From NCBI GenBank assembly GCA_963777605.1, contig CAVZRV010000011.1, positions 224,001-288,000 on the forward strand: 64,000 nt of DNA, given 5' to 3'. The notes below the pieces were generated by a model. It did not search any database. It saw nothing but the letters and a program-made list of their open reading frames with translations, and was not told where the DNA came from. This document shows, one piece after another, positions 43,603-53,709 of this stretch. Positions within the stretch are counted from its first letter, which is position 1, and every line of letters starts with the position of its first letter. The translations under genes and the position numbers were made by a program. Origin of the DNA: an uncultured Acidobacteriota bacterium (GTDB taxonomy: Bacteria; Acidobacteriota; UBA6911; RPQK01; JAPXNP01).

Positions 43603-44237
43603 TGCGTCCTTATCGCCGCCGCCACTACCTGGTCCATGGTCTCCAGTACCGCCTCATCGCCGCCATCATGGTGTATTTCCTCCTCGCACTGGTCGGTGTC
43701 GTAGCGGTGATCTTCGCTCCGTTTGTTCTGGACTTCTCGGAAGGCGCTTCATTCACACCCGAGAAGTTTGAGGTCGCCGGCATATTCCTCAAGCTCCACG
43801 AGAGGTTCTGGCCTGTTGTTCTCCTGATCGCGGTCGCCATCGTTCTCCATTCGATCCTGATCTCTCATCGTATCGGCGGGCCACTCTATCGATTTCGAAA
43901 AGTGTTCAGTGCCATCGCTCAGGGGGATCTCTCAATGGAAGTGCGCCTTCGCAATCGGGATTACCCCAAGGCCGAGGCGGAAGCACTCGGCCAGATGGTG
44001 AAATCTCTCCGCGCCCGGGTCCGCACAATCAAAGGCGCCGGCGCGAAACTCGCCGAATCTGCGCGGCACTTGTCCGGCGGTGTTCGCGAGCGGCAAGAAT
44101 TCGATAACCACCTTCGGGATCTCCAGGAAACACTCGCGTTCTTCCAACTCGATGGGACACCGGAACCGCACCAGGCGGATCCAGCTTCAGAGCCTCCAGT
44201 CGGTGCCGCGGCCCAGCTCAACAGCAGGGAGTCTTGA
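43602..44237 (+). CDS. Two-TM HAMP-only protein (truncated MCP-like)
   Basis: SHRIGGPLYRF...GDLS..VRLR.RD; TAATG coupling to upstream gene. Confidence 0.78.
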   Translation: MRPYRRRHYLVHGLQYRLIAAIMVYFLLALVGVVAVIFAPFVLDFSEGASFTPEKFEVAGIFLKLHERFWPVVLLIAVAIVLHSILISHRIGGPLYRFRKVFSAIAQGDLSMEVRLRNRDYPKAEAEALGQMVKSLRARVRTIKGAGAKLAESARHLSGGVRERQEFDNHLRDLQETLAFFQLDGTPEPHQADPASEPPVGAAAQLNSRES

Positions 44238-44680
44238 TGCTGTGATTGGGACTGCACCCGCCGCGGTGGAGTTGGGACCGGGCGGGCTCTTGCTGGACGG
44301 AAGCGCGGTTGGAGTTGATTTCAAAACGGGACTGGCAGCGCTGGAGGTCCTCAGCAGAACCAGGCTCTTTACAAGCCGCGAGAAGAGTCTCAACCAGCAA
44401 TTGGTCGAACTCTTCGATCCGAAGCGATTCGAGTTGGGGTCTGTCCCCTTGCCGAGACTGTCCCTTTGCCGAAGAAATGCGGGGCCACTCCCGGGGCAGC
44501 ATATCCGGAACTGATCACAGGCCGGCTGACGGAAACACTCCTCCAGTTTGAGCCCCTGATCGTTTTCCGTGTCAAAATCACGGTTCAGCCAGGCATCGCA
44601 ATGCTGATTTCCGCCGCGAACGCAAGAGGGGAGCGCGAAGACCACATTCCCGTTCTCATCTGGTTTCTATTCGATCATCG

Positions 44681-46531
44681 CTAGGGGTAGGGATAGCGGT
44701 TGGTCCGCTACCCCTCCCTCCGAACCCGGCGTCCGGTTCTCCCGGACCGGGCTCTCCAGTTGGTGGTTCACCTCGAAGAGGATTGAGTGGCCGAGTCGTA
44801 GGCTGCAGTCAGGGAGAACAGCCTGCGCTCGCGGAAATAGGCGTTGGGCCAGCGTTGGTAGTCGGCACCCCGCGCTCGTCCTCGGAGACCGTGGCGTTTG
44901 CGAAGAATGGCTCGGAGCCGTCCGCGCACCCAGATATCGACTTGCTCAAACGTACGGCGGTTACTGTGTTTGTAATAGCCAAACCAGCCCCGCAGTCGCA
45001 GATTCACAAGTCGGATGATCGCGTCCAGACTCCGCCCATTCGCCCGCTTGGTCAGCGGCTTCAGATTGGCGCGAAGCTTCTGCATGCTCTTCTTCCGAGG
45101 ATACTTGACCAGCCGCGGCAGTCCGGACCTGCCTGCTTGAAAGTGGTACCCCAGGAAGTCAAACCCGTCCTCGTGAAGATCCACGATTCGGGTCTTCTCC
45201 GGATGCAATTCCAGCCCCACCGCCTCCATCCACTCCGCCAGCAGTCGCCACGCCCGGCGGGCTTCCTGCTCGCTTCGGCATAGGATCACCAGATCATCGG
45301 CATACCGGATCATCACGAAACCGGCTTGCTCCATCCGGTGGTCCAGTGGATTGAGATAGACGTTGGCCAGTAGTGGACTGATGACCGCCCCTTGCGGACA
45401 GCCTTCCTCCGGCGTCCAGTGCCGCAGCGCCTCGAAGATCTCCTGTTTCAGGAAAGCCTCGAGCAACTCCAGCACGCGTCCATCCGCCACTTGTCCCTGG
45501 ATCTCCTCCCGAAGCCGGGTGTGGGAGATTCGGTCAAAGTAGCTGCGGATGTCCGCATCGACCACCCAATAGTGGCCGCTCTGGATCGTCTGCTGCACCT
45601 GCCGTAAGGCATCCTTGCATCCGCGCCCCGGACGAAAACCAAAACTTCGCACGGCGAACGTTTCCTCAAAGATCGGTTCCAATACATTGCGTAGTGCCGT
45701 CTGCACTACCCGATCCCGCACCGTCGGAATCCCCAGCGGCCGCTTCTCGCGGCTGCCCGGTTTGTCGATATAGCTTCGACGGATTCCCTGCGGGCGGTAG
45801 GTCCCGTTCTTGAGGCTGTCGTGCAGCCGTTCCAGTTCCTCGTCCAGGCGCTTGTCGAACTGCTCGACCGTGACATGGTCCACTCCCGCCGCTCCCCGGT
45901 TGGCCTTCACTTTCGCAAAGGCCGCCCCCAAGTTGCGTTGACCGTAGACCTTGTCCATCAGGCTGAACCAGGCTCCTCCTTTCACTCCCGTTTCCAGGGC
46001 CTTCAACATCCGATCCGTCCATACGCTGCGTTCCGCCCAGTCCCACCGGGACCCGGCTTCTCCGACTTGTTTAGTCTCAGACACTGCCGTCGGTTGCTCT
46101 TCGCTGCCCATGTCGTCTCGTCTCCACCTTCCTGTCCCCCTTCGCTCCAGTCCCATTACAGGACCTTCATCACTACTATGAGGACTCGGACTCCTGTCCG
46201 ACCCTCTCCCGGGTCGGCAGGTCTCCCCACGCTCGCGTCGCATTGCCTTCTGTCGCCGTTCCGTCTCCAACCACGCCATGTCCCGCCCTTCTCTCTTTGA
46301 CAGCTACCCATATAGAGGAAGAACCGTCCTTTCGGATCAGGCTTCGCCATTCCACTGCAGGCTCGCCCAGACACATCGCCGAATCGAGTTCCTCGCGTAC
46401 GGACCGGTGACTCACCTCCTGTGCCCCCCACCCCGTCTCACGACGGCGCAGTAACATTCGGTTACAGGCCCGGAGAGCTCTGGCCTGGGAGGGACTTTCA
46501 CCCTCCTGACAATGCGCGCCTGTGGGCGCGC
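44681..46531 (-). mobile_element. Group II intron
   Basis: 5' GCGCGCCC; DV GAGAGCCCGGTCCGGGAGAACCGGACGCCGGGTTC; DVI ending CCCTACCCCTAG; RT ORF in DIV. Confidence 0.9.
44768..46111 (-). CDS. ltrA: Group II intron reverse transcriptase/maturase (no endonuclease domain)
   Basis: GAAGVD, RPLGIPTVRDR, PQGAVISPLLAN, RYADD, FDFLGY, WPNAYF. Confidence 0.95.
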   Translation of the reverse strand: MGSEEQPTAVSETKQVGEAGSRWDWAERSVWTDRMLKALETGVKGGAWFSLMDKVYGQRNLGAAFAKVKANRGAAGVDHVTVEQFDKRLDEELERLHDSLKNGTYRPQGIRRSYIDKPGSREKRPLGIPTVRDRVVQTALRNVLEPIFEETFAVRSFGFRPGRGCKDALRQVQQTIQSGHYWVVDADIRSYFDRISHTRLREEIQGQVADGRVLELLEAFLKQEIFEALRHWTPEEGCPQGAVISPLLANVYLNPLDHRMEQAGFVMIRYADDLVILCRSEQEARRAWRLLAEWMEAVGLELHPEKTRIVDLHEDGFDFLGYHFQAGRSGLPRLVKYPRKKSMQKLRANLKPLTKRANGRSLDAIIRLVNLRLRGWFGYYKHSNRRTFEQVDIWVRGRLRAILRKRHGLRGRARGADYQRWPNAYFRERRLFSLTAAYDSATQSSSR

Positions 46532-47101
46532 AATGGCGCTGCTCGCCGCAACCGCTCTGGTGGGAACACTCTTGTGATTTGCCCGCCGGTTCAGAGCAAG
46601 GCGGAACCCGGAAGGAATTCCCTTAGACTTCGATTGGGTGCACTGGAGGATCCGAAGGAATTGGAGCGTTCGGTGACGGCTGACTCCGCCTCCGATCCAG
46701 TTTCGCATTCTGCACGATCTCTGGAGCTGCGAGAGGGATAGGGATGACGCGATAAGTCTCTATCCAGTGAACCCTTGCCAGCGGTGGGGACCGGGTTCAT
46801 CATTGAAGGGATGGGGAAGGAGGCCATTCATGTCGGGGCGGTGCTGCGCCTGGTTTTCGTCGTCTCCTTTTTTTGGCTCCGGTTGGGATTGGAGCTCACT
46901 CACAAGTGTCGGAGCCGCCGAGGCGCTCCCCGCTTGCGCTCGCCTCGACCGGGAGATTCAGGAGACGACTCCCGGTACGGACGTTCTGGCCAGCGATCTC
47001 TTCTATCACCTCACAAGGGTGGTCCGCGGTAGGATCCACTCTAGCCTGGTCTCCTACCGGAACGAGGAAGCCAGCAGAACAAATACGAAAGGACGAATTC
47101 T

Positions 47102-48340
47102 GTGACGAGACAACTTACTCGACGGGACTTTGTTGGAACTTCAATCGCGGTAACAGCTGCAAGCCTTACCCGGGTTCGGGGCGCCAATGACCGGATCAAC
47201 ATCGGCATCATCGGGTGCGGCGACCGGGGACGGGAATCCCACATGAAGGACATCCTGAGCTTCCGCGATGACTGCAACGTGCAGATCGTGGCCGTCTGCG
47301 ACCCCTGGCGCCAGATGAGGGAAAAGGCGGCGGCGGACGTCAAGGCAGTTACCGGCCAGGAACCCAGGCAATTGGTTCATTACCAGGACCTCCTCGCAAT
47401 CCGGGACCTCGACGCCGTCACCATCGCCACGCCCGAACACCAACACTGCACCCAGTTGATCGCGGCCGTTGAGGCGGGAAAGGACGCCTACATCGAGAAG
47501 CCGCTGGCCATGAACATGGACGAACTGAAGCGCGCGGTCGATGCCGTCGACCGGGCCGGACGAGTGGTCCAGAACGGCACCCAGATCCGGAGTCTTCCCC
47601 AGGCACGGGCAGCCCGCAAGTTCCTTTCCGCCGGAGGGCTCGGGAAGGTCCTGAAGGCCTCGCAGGCGAGAAACGGATATCGTCCCTACTGGTACCAGTA
47701 CGCCGAACGCCCGATTCGAGAGGAGGACGTCGATTGGAAGGCATTTCTGATGCACCTGCCCGACCGTCCGTTCGATCCCGACCAGTACGCCGGCTGGTAT
47801 GCCTACCGGGAGTTTTCGAGAGGCCCCCATACCACCCAGGGTCTTCATTTCGTCGATACCGTGCACTACATAACAGGGGTCGGGGCACCAACGAGCGCCG
47901 TCGCCCACTTCGGGACCTACCGGTGGAAACATCCGCGGCGAACCGCCCCCGATTCAGTGGAAATGACATTCGAGTACCCGGAAGGCTTCGTGGTCCGCTA
48001 CGGCCAGTTCTTCGGAAACGCCTCAGGACGATTCCTGACCCTGTTTGGAACGAGAGGTTCAATCGACTGCAGCAACTGGTCGTGGGACGGGGAGTGGCCC
48101 CTCAGTGGCGAGGGAACCGAGGAACCGGACCGGATTCAGCCCGGTGCGAAGCTGCCCAAAGAAGGGAGTGTCCCCCACATGAAGAACTGGCTCGAGTGCC
48201 TCAGGACTCGCCAGGAACCGAACGCCCCCATGTCAGCCGGATATGCTCACGCGGTTGCCGGGATCCTGGCCGATGAATCATACGTTCGCGGTCGGAGGAT
48301 GAACTACGACCCGGTCACACGGGAGATCTCGGAAGCCTGA
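47102..48340 (+). CDS. Gfo/Idh/MocA oxidoreductase, Tat-exported
   Basis: TRRDFV, IGIIGCGDRG, ATPEHQH, YIEKP. Confidence 0.9.
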   Translation: MTRQLTRRDFVGTSIAVTAASLTRVRGANDRINIGIIGCGDRGRESHMKDILSFRDDCNVQIVAVCDPWRQMREKAAADVKAVTGQEPRQLVHYQDLLAIRDLDAVTIATPEHQHCTQLIAAVEAGKDAYIEKPLAMNMDELKRAVDAVDRAGRVVQNGTQIRSLPQARAARKFLSAGGLGKVLKASQARNGYRPYWYQYAERPIREEDVDWKAFLMHLPDRPFDPDQYAGWYAYREFSRGPHTTQGLHFVDTVHYITGVGAPTSAVAHFGTYRWKHPRRTAPDSVEMTFEYPEGFVVRYGQFFGNASGRFLTLFGTRGSIDCSNWSWDGEWPLSGEGTEEPDRIQPGAKLPKEGSVPHMKNWLECLRTRQEPNAPMSAGYAHAVAGILADESYVRGRRMNYDPVTREISEA

Positions 48341-48853
48341 TTCTCAACTACAACGTTCCAGATGCGAAGTACACAGTTATCCGTTCAAGGGAGTGTCACC
48401 TTATTGGGGTACAAGGCGAAGTGTGCGAGGAAGTGCAAGGGAGTGTCCCTTTTTCAGGTCCCTTCGTGGCCCCCGCGGGCCGAAGAGTCCAAACGGCCGT
48501 GGCACTAGTCTCGGGAGTAATGTGTCCAAGGAGAATGTCTCTTGAAATTCTCCTCCCCTAGATATTGAAGTGAGTGTCCCCATGTCTTCCCATGGCTTTC
48601 GCAAGGCGACGTTCCAACCGAAGGTGTGGGGGCCATTGGTTAGCATTTCACATCACAATCGCCATTCGAAGAGTGACCGCCTTTGAACCGTTTTCCTCTG
48701 AGATCCCATTTTGGCGCACCTATAGGCCCACCAATCCCTTTGATCTCTCGTAAGCGCAGAGAATTTGCAGGCGTCGTCTAATCCCACCAAATCGGTGATC
48801 GTGGGATCGACTTGCCGAAAGTGTCAGATAGCCCCGCAGATGGGTAGATCCGA

Positions 48854-50687
48854 CTGATCTTCCCTGAAAATAAACGTAAAGATCTCGGTTCAAGTCATTG
48901 AATAGTAACGACTTCAGGGGTCTTCTTCGGCGAGTATGTCCTGCCTACAGCTGTTGTCCTTTCGGCAAGGTGATGTTCAAGGCCTCCAGAATGCTCTGTT
49001 GACGAGAGTCCGGTTGAGGCAGCCGGGTGATCGTCGTTCCGTTCTGAAGCGAGTAGTGCTGCAGGCACAGTCGGCTCAGGGCGGCCAGAGCGTCGGGTAA
49101 GGTCACCGTGTGAGGATCGGCCTCGGTCGTTCCGAAGCGAGCCGTCAGGCGGCGTTCCATCTCCCGGACGATCTTCAAGGCCAGCATGCAGACCAAGGCA
49201 TGCGCCCGAGTCCGATTCGCTTTGCGCAGAAACAGCGGCCGGATCTCCAGTAACCCGGTCTTCATCGATCGCCAGTCCCGCTCCACTTTGGCCAGATCCT
49301 TGTAGCAGTCGTGAACCCGCTCGGCCCCGAGCGCTTCCGCCGGGACGTCGGTCTCGATCACATAGCAGCCGGCCAACAGCAGCGTTTCCTCCTGTGCCGC
49401 CTCGTCAATCTCGACGACCAGCATTCGTTCCGTGAGGCTCACTCGTACGAAGTTCTGCAGTTTGTAGCGACGGATCCACGCCTCCAACTGACGCAGCCCG
49501 CTCTCGGGAACCGCCCGTTCCGAATCCGCCACGAACCGGTTGCGCACCTCCACTTTCTGCGTCAGCTTGGCCAGTTTGTTTTTGACCCGGTGGTGTTCCT
49601 TGCGCTCGATCTCGGGATTCTTGCGCAGGACATAGCGCAAGCCGGCGGCCTCGACCTCGCACACCTGCTCCTCGAACAGCCCCATCTGCAGGGTTCCCTG
49701 CTTGAGCAACTTGCGGATCTGAGGATCGGTCAGAGCTGTGATGTAGCGCAGATCCGCCTGCTTCAAGGCGTCTTTGCCCAGGCTCTTGACCATCCCCCGG
49801 TCCCCGACGAAGACCACTTCCCGCACCCCGAACTGCTCCTTGAGAATCTCGATCTGCGCCCCCACCGTCGTCGGATCCGCCTGCTTCCCCTTGAACACCC
49901 GCACCGCCAGCGGCTCGCCCCGCTCGTCGGTCAACAGTCCCACCAGGATCTGCCGCTTGCCTCGCTTACCGTCCCGGTTGTAGCCGTACTCTCCCAGTTC
50001 GTGACAGTGCCCCTCCAGGTAGCTGCTCGTCACGTCATACAAGACCAGCACGGGCGGAGTCCCTCCACGCCGCCGGACCGTCTCCCGATACAGCTTCTGT
50101 TCGATCCGGGGCTGAGCGCCGGCCAGTTCATCCAGGACTCGATACAGATCGTCTTCGTCGAACTCCCCCAGACCCAGCACTTCTCCGACGGCCTGGTCGG
50201 CGGCCCAGCGCACCGCCGACAGTCGCGATCCCTGATGCGCGACCCGAGCGAAGACCAGAAACAGCGCCAGTTTGGCCCAGGCTGCCTTGCCCAGCGCACG
50301 GCCGATCCCCATCTCCTCGGCCACCTGCTTCAAGGCGAACAGCAGACCAAAGACGGCCCCGCAGACGGGGTCACCCAACGGCAAATGGTCGAACTCTCCG
50401 CGCAGGGCCCGGCGCAGGGCCTCGACTCGAGCAGAATCCCAGCGCGAGAGGTTGGCCAGGGTGCGGGTCTTGACCCGAGCCCCGTCCCGATAGCTTTCAC
50501 GCAGGAGAATGGCCGGCGGAGAAGAGCGATTGGGGACGGTCGCCACATACATGCGGCAATCATACAACCAAAGATTCCATTAGTCCATGATGCAATCACA
50601 TATTACATGCCTACATATATCAGCTCCAACTCTCCCCATCTCGTTCAAAATACGGGGCTTACATGTTCAGCCTACTCGGAAGATCAG
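48854..50687 (-). mobile_element. IS1634-family insertion sequence
   Basis: Terminal IR ctgatcttcc/ggaagatcag; 5-bp target duplication TCCGA at 48849-48853 and 50688-50692. Confidence 0.88.
48945..50552 (-). CDS. IS1634-family DDE transposase
   Basis: LLRESYR..KTRTLANLS, LYDVTSSY, GYNRDGK, VGDRGM, VERDWRSMK. Confidence 0.92.
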   Translation of the reverse strand: MYVATVPNRSSPPAILLRESYRDGARVKTRTLANLSRWDSARVEALRRALRGEFDHLPLGDPVCGAVFGLLFALKQVAEEMGIGRALGKAAWAKLALFLVFARVAHQGSRLSAVRWAADQAVGEVLGLGEFDEDDLYRVLDELAGAQPRIEQKLYRETVRRRGGTPPVLVLYDVTSSYLEGHCHELGEYGYNRDGKRGKRQILVGLLTDERGEPLAVRVFKGKQADPTTVGAQIEILKEQFGVREVVFVGDRGMVKSLGKDALKQADLRYITALTDPQIRKLLKQGTLQMGLFEEQVCEVEAAGLRYVLRKNPEIERKEHHRVKNKLAKLTQKVEVRNRFVADSERAVPESGLRQLEAWIRRYKLQNFVRVSLTERMLVVEIDEAAQEETLLLAGCYVIETDVPAEALGAERVHDCYKDLAKVERDWRSMKTGLLEIRPLFLRKANRTRAHALVCMLALKIVREMERRLTARFGTTEADPHTVTLPDALAALSRLCLQHYSLQNGTTITRLPQPDSRQQSILEALNITLPKGQQL

Positions 50688-50803
50688 TCCGACTCGCGGG
50701 ACCCTGTTTTCAACAGAAGCACCTTGGGCCCTCTCGGGCGTTTCTGTCGTTCCCTCAGCGTTTCGGAGGAGAGTTGGACTTTGGGTAGACAATCAGCTTG
50801 ACT

Positions 50804-50819
50804 TGGAATATAAGTTGCA
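50804..50819 (+). promoter_or_regulatory. Sigma54 -24/-12 promoter candidate
   Basis: TGGAATATAAGTTGCA (GG-N10-GC), 22 nt before ATG 50842. Confidence 0.6.
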
Positions 50820-50841
50820 ATTCACTCAAAGGGAGAAATCG

Positions 50842-52986
50842 ATGCGACCAGATAGGTACTGCTCTCTCTTTATGGCTGCCTCGGTACTTCTGGTGACTTT
50901 CTTTAATGCTTCCGTCTTCTGCGGAACCTTCAAGTATCTTTGGCAAGGCCAGCTCAACGACTCGGGAACGGTGGCCTTTTCGGCCGGACTTGAGGATAGC
51001 AGTCCCGATTCGAACGGGCTCTTCTTGAGGTTACCCGGCGACACGATTCGGGCTATCGCCGTTCTCGGGGAAGTGTCCCCGGTGCCTGGGTTCACCTACC
51101 AGGAGATCGGGGATTTCTATCTCAACAACCGGAACAACATTCTCTTCGGCGCGACACTTCAAAACGGAGACGAGTCGTTGAAAGACGTCTTTCTTTACCT
51201 GCAAGACGAGCGACGGGTGAAGGCATTGGTCCTGCCTCAGGATTCGGCCATAGGCCATCCCATTCAGACGGCATCCGCTTTTGGACTCAACGACCAGGAT
51301 CAAGCCATCTTCAAGATCGCCCTCGTGATCACTCCCTGCTCGGACCCGACCAAATGTAGAGCGGTCACCGAGGCCAGATTTTACGAGTACGATCGAAATC
51401 GAGACGAACTGGCGCTTCTTGCCCAGGAGGGCGGCCAAGCGCCCGGAGGCGGAACGTTCACGACAATCGGCAACCCGTGTGCCATTAATGACCGAGGGAC
51501 GGTGGTCTTTTACGGTCAAGGGTCCGAACCCGGAGTGTCGTCATTCAATGACCTCTTCATCAAGCGATCCAGTTCATCCCCGGTCGAGCGGCTCTACGTG
51601 AGCGGCCCAGGGACCGACTTGTACCTTCCGGTTTCGGTTCAACTGACCGATTCCGATGCGTCTCCCGTTCTGTTTTCCGCCTACTACCCGAGCCCCTCCG
51701 CTCCACCCTACAGAGGGCTGTTTGGACTTACCGAAGAAGGGCTTAACACGCTTGCGACAGACGGGCAGACGGTCGATAACATTGAAATCAACCTGCGTTT
51801 CATGTCGGGGTTCCTGGGTCAGTACACCGAGCATTTCGACCCTCCTGCCACCGTGTTGTTGAACGACGGCCTGGTGATCTTCACCGACCACCTCAACAAC
51901 ACCTTCGCGACATCGATGCAGAACGGACTGTTGGTTTTCCTTTCCGGGGAATCCCAACCGGTCGTGATCGAAGGGAGGAGCTACGTCCCGTTGCTCCGTG
52001 GCCCAGCCTCCGGTCCCGCCGGTGGTGGAGATCTCGTCGGACCGCGCAACGACCTGGGACAGGTCGCCTTTCGGACTACAGAGGATGATCTACTCTTATT
52101 TGATCCTTCGTCGGGATTCCACAGGGCGCTCGACAACGGAAGCCCGGTCCCAGGCACGGCCCAGTCGACGTTCGCGACGCTTGAGCCCCTGGATATGAAT
52201 GATACCCAGGTGCTTTTCTCCGGAACTTTCTCGTTGGGCCAATCGGGTCTTTTTCTGCTGGATACTCAAACCGGAGCTGTTCAGAAGGTCGTCGCGCGAA
52301 ACGAAGTCGCTCCCGAAGCCCCCTTGTCCCTGACTCAGGTATTTCCGCAGTTTGCGGATGGATCTTATGAAGACGGTTCCATCAAGACCGCCTTCCTCCT
52401 CATCAACTCAACTTCGTTCGCAAACGTCGTCTCGCTGAACTTCCGAAGCTCCGACGGATCAGCGGCCGACGTCTCGATCGGGGGCGAAACCGCAGATCAC
52501 TTCAGCTTTTCTTTGGCCCCGAAAGGAAGTGCCCTCGTCCAGACCCAGGCCATCGGAGCCGTTCAAAATGGCTACGTCCTCCTCGAATCGGAGGGAGAGA
52601 TGGCCGCCTCGGAGATCTTCGCGGTCTTTGACTCAGAAGGCAATCGTGTGACCGAGGCGGGAGTCTTGCCCTCCCTTCCGGGGAGGCACTTCACGCTTGG
52701 AGTTGAGGCACAGAACGATGTAAACACTGGAGTCGCATTGGTCAACTTGAGCGGCGAGGAGGCCGATCTCGTCTTTGTCGCCCGCGACCAGGCCGGCAAC
52801 ATCGTTGCCTCGATAGAGCGAACGCTTGGACCAAATGAGCATCTTGCGGAATACGTCGCCGGAGAGTTGTTCACAGACCTGGAGGCCCTGATTGGAAGCG
52901 TGGAGGTGGTTTCCTCGGTCGAGGTCCACAAGCTGACACTCCGGTCAGGGGCGCATTCACTGACGACACTTCCGATCGCCGATTAA
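50842..52986 (+). CDS. Secreted NxxGxxAF-repeat protein with C-terminal beta-sandwich-like domains
   Basis: Signal peptide; LNDSGTVAF, INDRGTVVF, NDLGQVAF repeats; FPQFADG...NTGVALVN tail. Confidence 0.7.
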   Translation: MRPDRYCSLFMAASVLLVTFFNASVFCGTFKYLWQGQLNDSGTVAFSAGLEDSSPDSNGLFLRLPGDTIRAIAVLGEVSPVPGFTYQEIGDFYLNNRNNILFGATLQNGDESLKDVFLYLQDERRVKALVLPQDSAIGHPIQTASAFGLNDQDQAIFKIALVITPCSDPTKCRAVTEARFYEYDRNRDELALLAQEGGQAPGGGTFTTIGNPCAINDRGTVVFYGQGSEPGVSSFNDLFIKRSSSSPVERLYVSGPGTDLYLPVSVQLTDSDASPVLFSAYYPSPSAPPYRGLFGLTEEGLNTLATDGQTVDNIEINLRFMSGFLGQYTEHFDPPATVLLNDGLVIFTDHLNNTFATSMQNGLLVFLSGESQPVVIEGRSYVPLLRGPASGPAGGGDLVGPRNDLGQVAFRTTEDDLLLFDPSSGFHRALDNGSPVPGTAQSTFATLEPLDMNDTQVLFSGTFSLGQSGLFLLDTQTGAVQKVVARNEVAPEAPLSLTQVFPQFADGSYEDGSIKTAFLLINSTSFANVVSLNFRSSDGSAADVSIGGETADHFSFSLAPKGSALVQTQAIGAVQNGYVLLESEGEMAASEIFAVFDSEGNRVTEAGVLPSLPGRHFTLGVEAQNDVNTGVALVNLSGEEADLVFVARDQAGNIVASIERTLGPNEHLAEYVAGELFTDLEALIGSVEVVSSVEVHKLTLRSGAHSLTTLPIAD

Positions 52987-53121
52987 CCTTTGTCCCCGAC
53001 TTCGGGATATGAAAAGGGCTCGCCTCCTCTCTCTTTTCTCCGGTTCTGCTGGGGACACTCCCCATTATTGGCCTTGCGGCCTTGCGAGCAGTGTCCCCTT
53101 GGACGTATTGGCCACCAGACC

Positions 53122-53330
53122 GGCCTCTGAAGGAGGCCCCGGTTAAGGCCTTGGCTTCAGCCAGGGAACGGGATCGAGGATAGTGTCTATCCGGCCCTCA
53201 AAGGGCCGACGGGATTTGCCTCGGTGCCAGACCCGGCGCGACCTTACAGGCTACAATTCCGGGTAAGAATCCCTGTAACCCAAGGTAAACCTTTGACTTT
53301 AACGGACGGCTCCTCCAGCGCCGTTGGCCC
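53122..53330. repeat. REPIN-like cluster of GCCCTxAAAGGGC-type hairpins
   Basis: ggcctctgaaggaggcc, ccttggcttcagccaggg, ggccctcaaagggcc, ccttacagggc. Confidence 0.55.
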
Positions 53331-53440
53331 AGGTTCACCTCTTTGCGTGATCTCCGCAGCGCAGGGTGGCGGGGCTTACCTGAGATTCCGCAACGGGACG
53401 GTTAGCATGACTGCCCGAGTGCGAGTAGAGTGCCGAATTC

Positions 53441-53585
53441 GAGCGACTGCGGCGGATCGTCTTCGGCAGCCACCTTGGCGGAAGCTCTCGCTTCCGTGCG
53501 GCGTGCCGGGTTTCAAAGCGGAACCTTTCGGTTCGCGCACTCCGGATGGACCAGGAGACGTGCCGGAATCTGCAGTTGAGAACCC
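53441..53585 (+). repeat. Two-hairpin dispersed element, copy 2
   Basis: Aligns with 60092-60238 and with the reverse complement of 23384-23447. Confidence 0.8.
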
Positions 53586-53709
53586 GGAAGAATGGAGGGG
53601 AGCGTCGCCACCATTTTGCAGCTGTTGATCTGGTTGTGGTCAGGCAGGAATTGAGGGAGCGGAGACTCCGATGAGAGTCTCCGAGACTCACAAGCGGGAA
53701 CCCGCTCCG

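Noticed and set aside
44768-46111. RT as retron, DGR or CRISPR-associated
   Set aside because: Full group II ribozyme domains flank it; no template/variable repeat pair or array is seen
46112-46279. N-terminal extension of the RT ORF
   Set aside because: Overlaps ribozyme domains I-III; start at 46111 in domain IV is more plausible
44240-47100. Host gene interrupted by the intron
   Set aside because: In-silico splicing gives stops within about 20 codons in the frames checked; no recognisable protein in the flanks
50587-50841. 85-aa N-terminal extension of the 799-aa ORF
   Set aside because: Runs through the IS end and promoter; the real start is ATG 50842 with RBS and signal peptide
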